Source of the DNA: Octopus sinensis
Lineage: Eukaryota
NCBI RefSeq assembly: GCF_006345805.1
Contig: NW_021823884.1
Span: 1 to 22,232, forward strand
DNA length: 22,232 nt
Direction of reading: 5' to 3'
A program made the position numbers and the translations under genes. The notes beneath the pieces are model-generated. The model was given only the letters and a program-made list of their open reading frames with translations, had not been told where the DNA came from and made no database searches. This document shows, in pieces, positions 21,880 to 22,232 of the stretch (the first letter of the stretch is position 1; each line of letters starts with the position of its first letter).

Positions 21880-22000
21880 AGGTCAACTTTCCCCCTTCAT
21901 CCTTTGGGGGTCCGTAAAATAAACTGGTGTCCATGTAATCGGTTGGTTTCCAACTCCCTAAAATTGTTGGCAAAGGGCCAAAATTTAGAAGAAATTATTC
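21880..22000 (+). mobile_element. Degenerate Nin-domain-like SINE fragment
   Basis: ggtcaactttcccccttcatcctttgggggtccgtaaaataa..atgtaatcg..aaaattgttggc..gccaaaattt. Confidence 0.5.
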
Positions 22001-22232
22001 TTAATGTTATCATTATGAAAAGGCATTCCAGTTCAATAGTGCAGCCCCGTACAGTGTACAACCACCGATGAAACACTGCTACATTGTCTAAATGATTGAA
22101 ATGATTAATGTCCAGACAGGCCCACCCAGTGTGACAAGAATAACAAAACGAAACAAGAGATAACAAGACAATAAAAAAATTATCCGCCTGTATTGTTTAC
22201 ATGTTGTCGGTTTAATGGCGAACACATCAGCT

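Overview
AT-rich, microsatellite-saturated animal genomic DNA. The repeat landscape suggests a coleoid cephalopod such as Octopus (inference). The window holds five consecutive + strand exons (552-745, 16218-16387, 17377-17587, 18641-18722, 19874-20007; 791 nt spliced, all GT-AG, phases compatible) of a nitric oxide synthase gene. They encode the reductase connecting/FAD domain and the start of the NADPH domain; the gene runs off both ends of the window. Nearly all ORFs in the supplied track are microsatellite artefacts. The introns, including one of 15.5 kb, contain a ~1.85 kb tandem duplication, several tRNA-derived SINEs, an RTE-like LINE 3' end and fragments of R4/Dong-type restriction-like-endonuclease non-LTR elements. 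Most interesting: a minimal type I hammerhead ribozyme core antisense to NOS (7182-7220), two sets of retroelements inserted in consistent orientation into (TAA)n and (TACA)n microsatellites, an inverted SINE pair just downstream of an exon (candidate ADAR duplex), and a 16-bp palindromic CRE next to an AP-1 site. I see no evidence for a wholly new multi-gene system.
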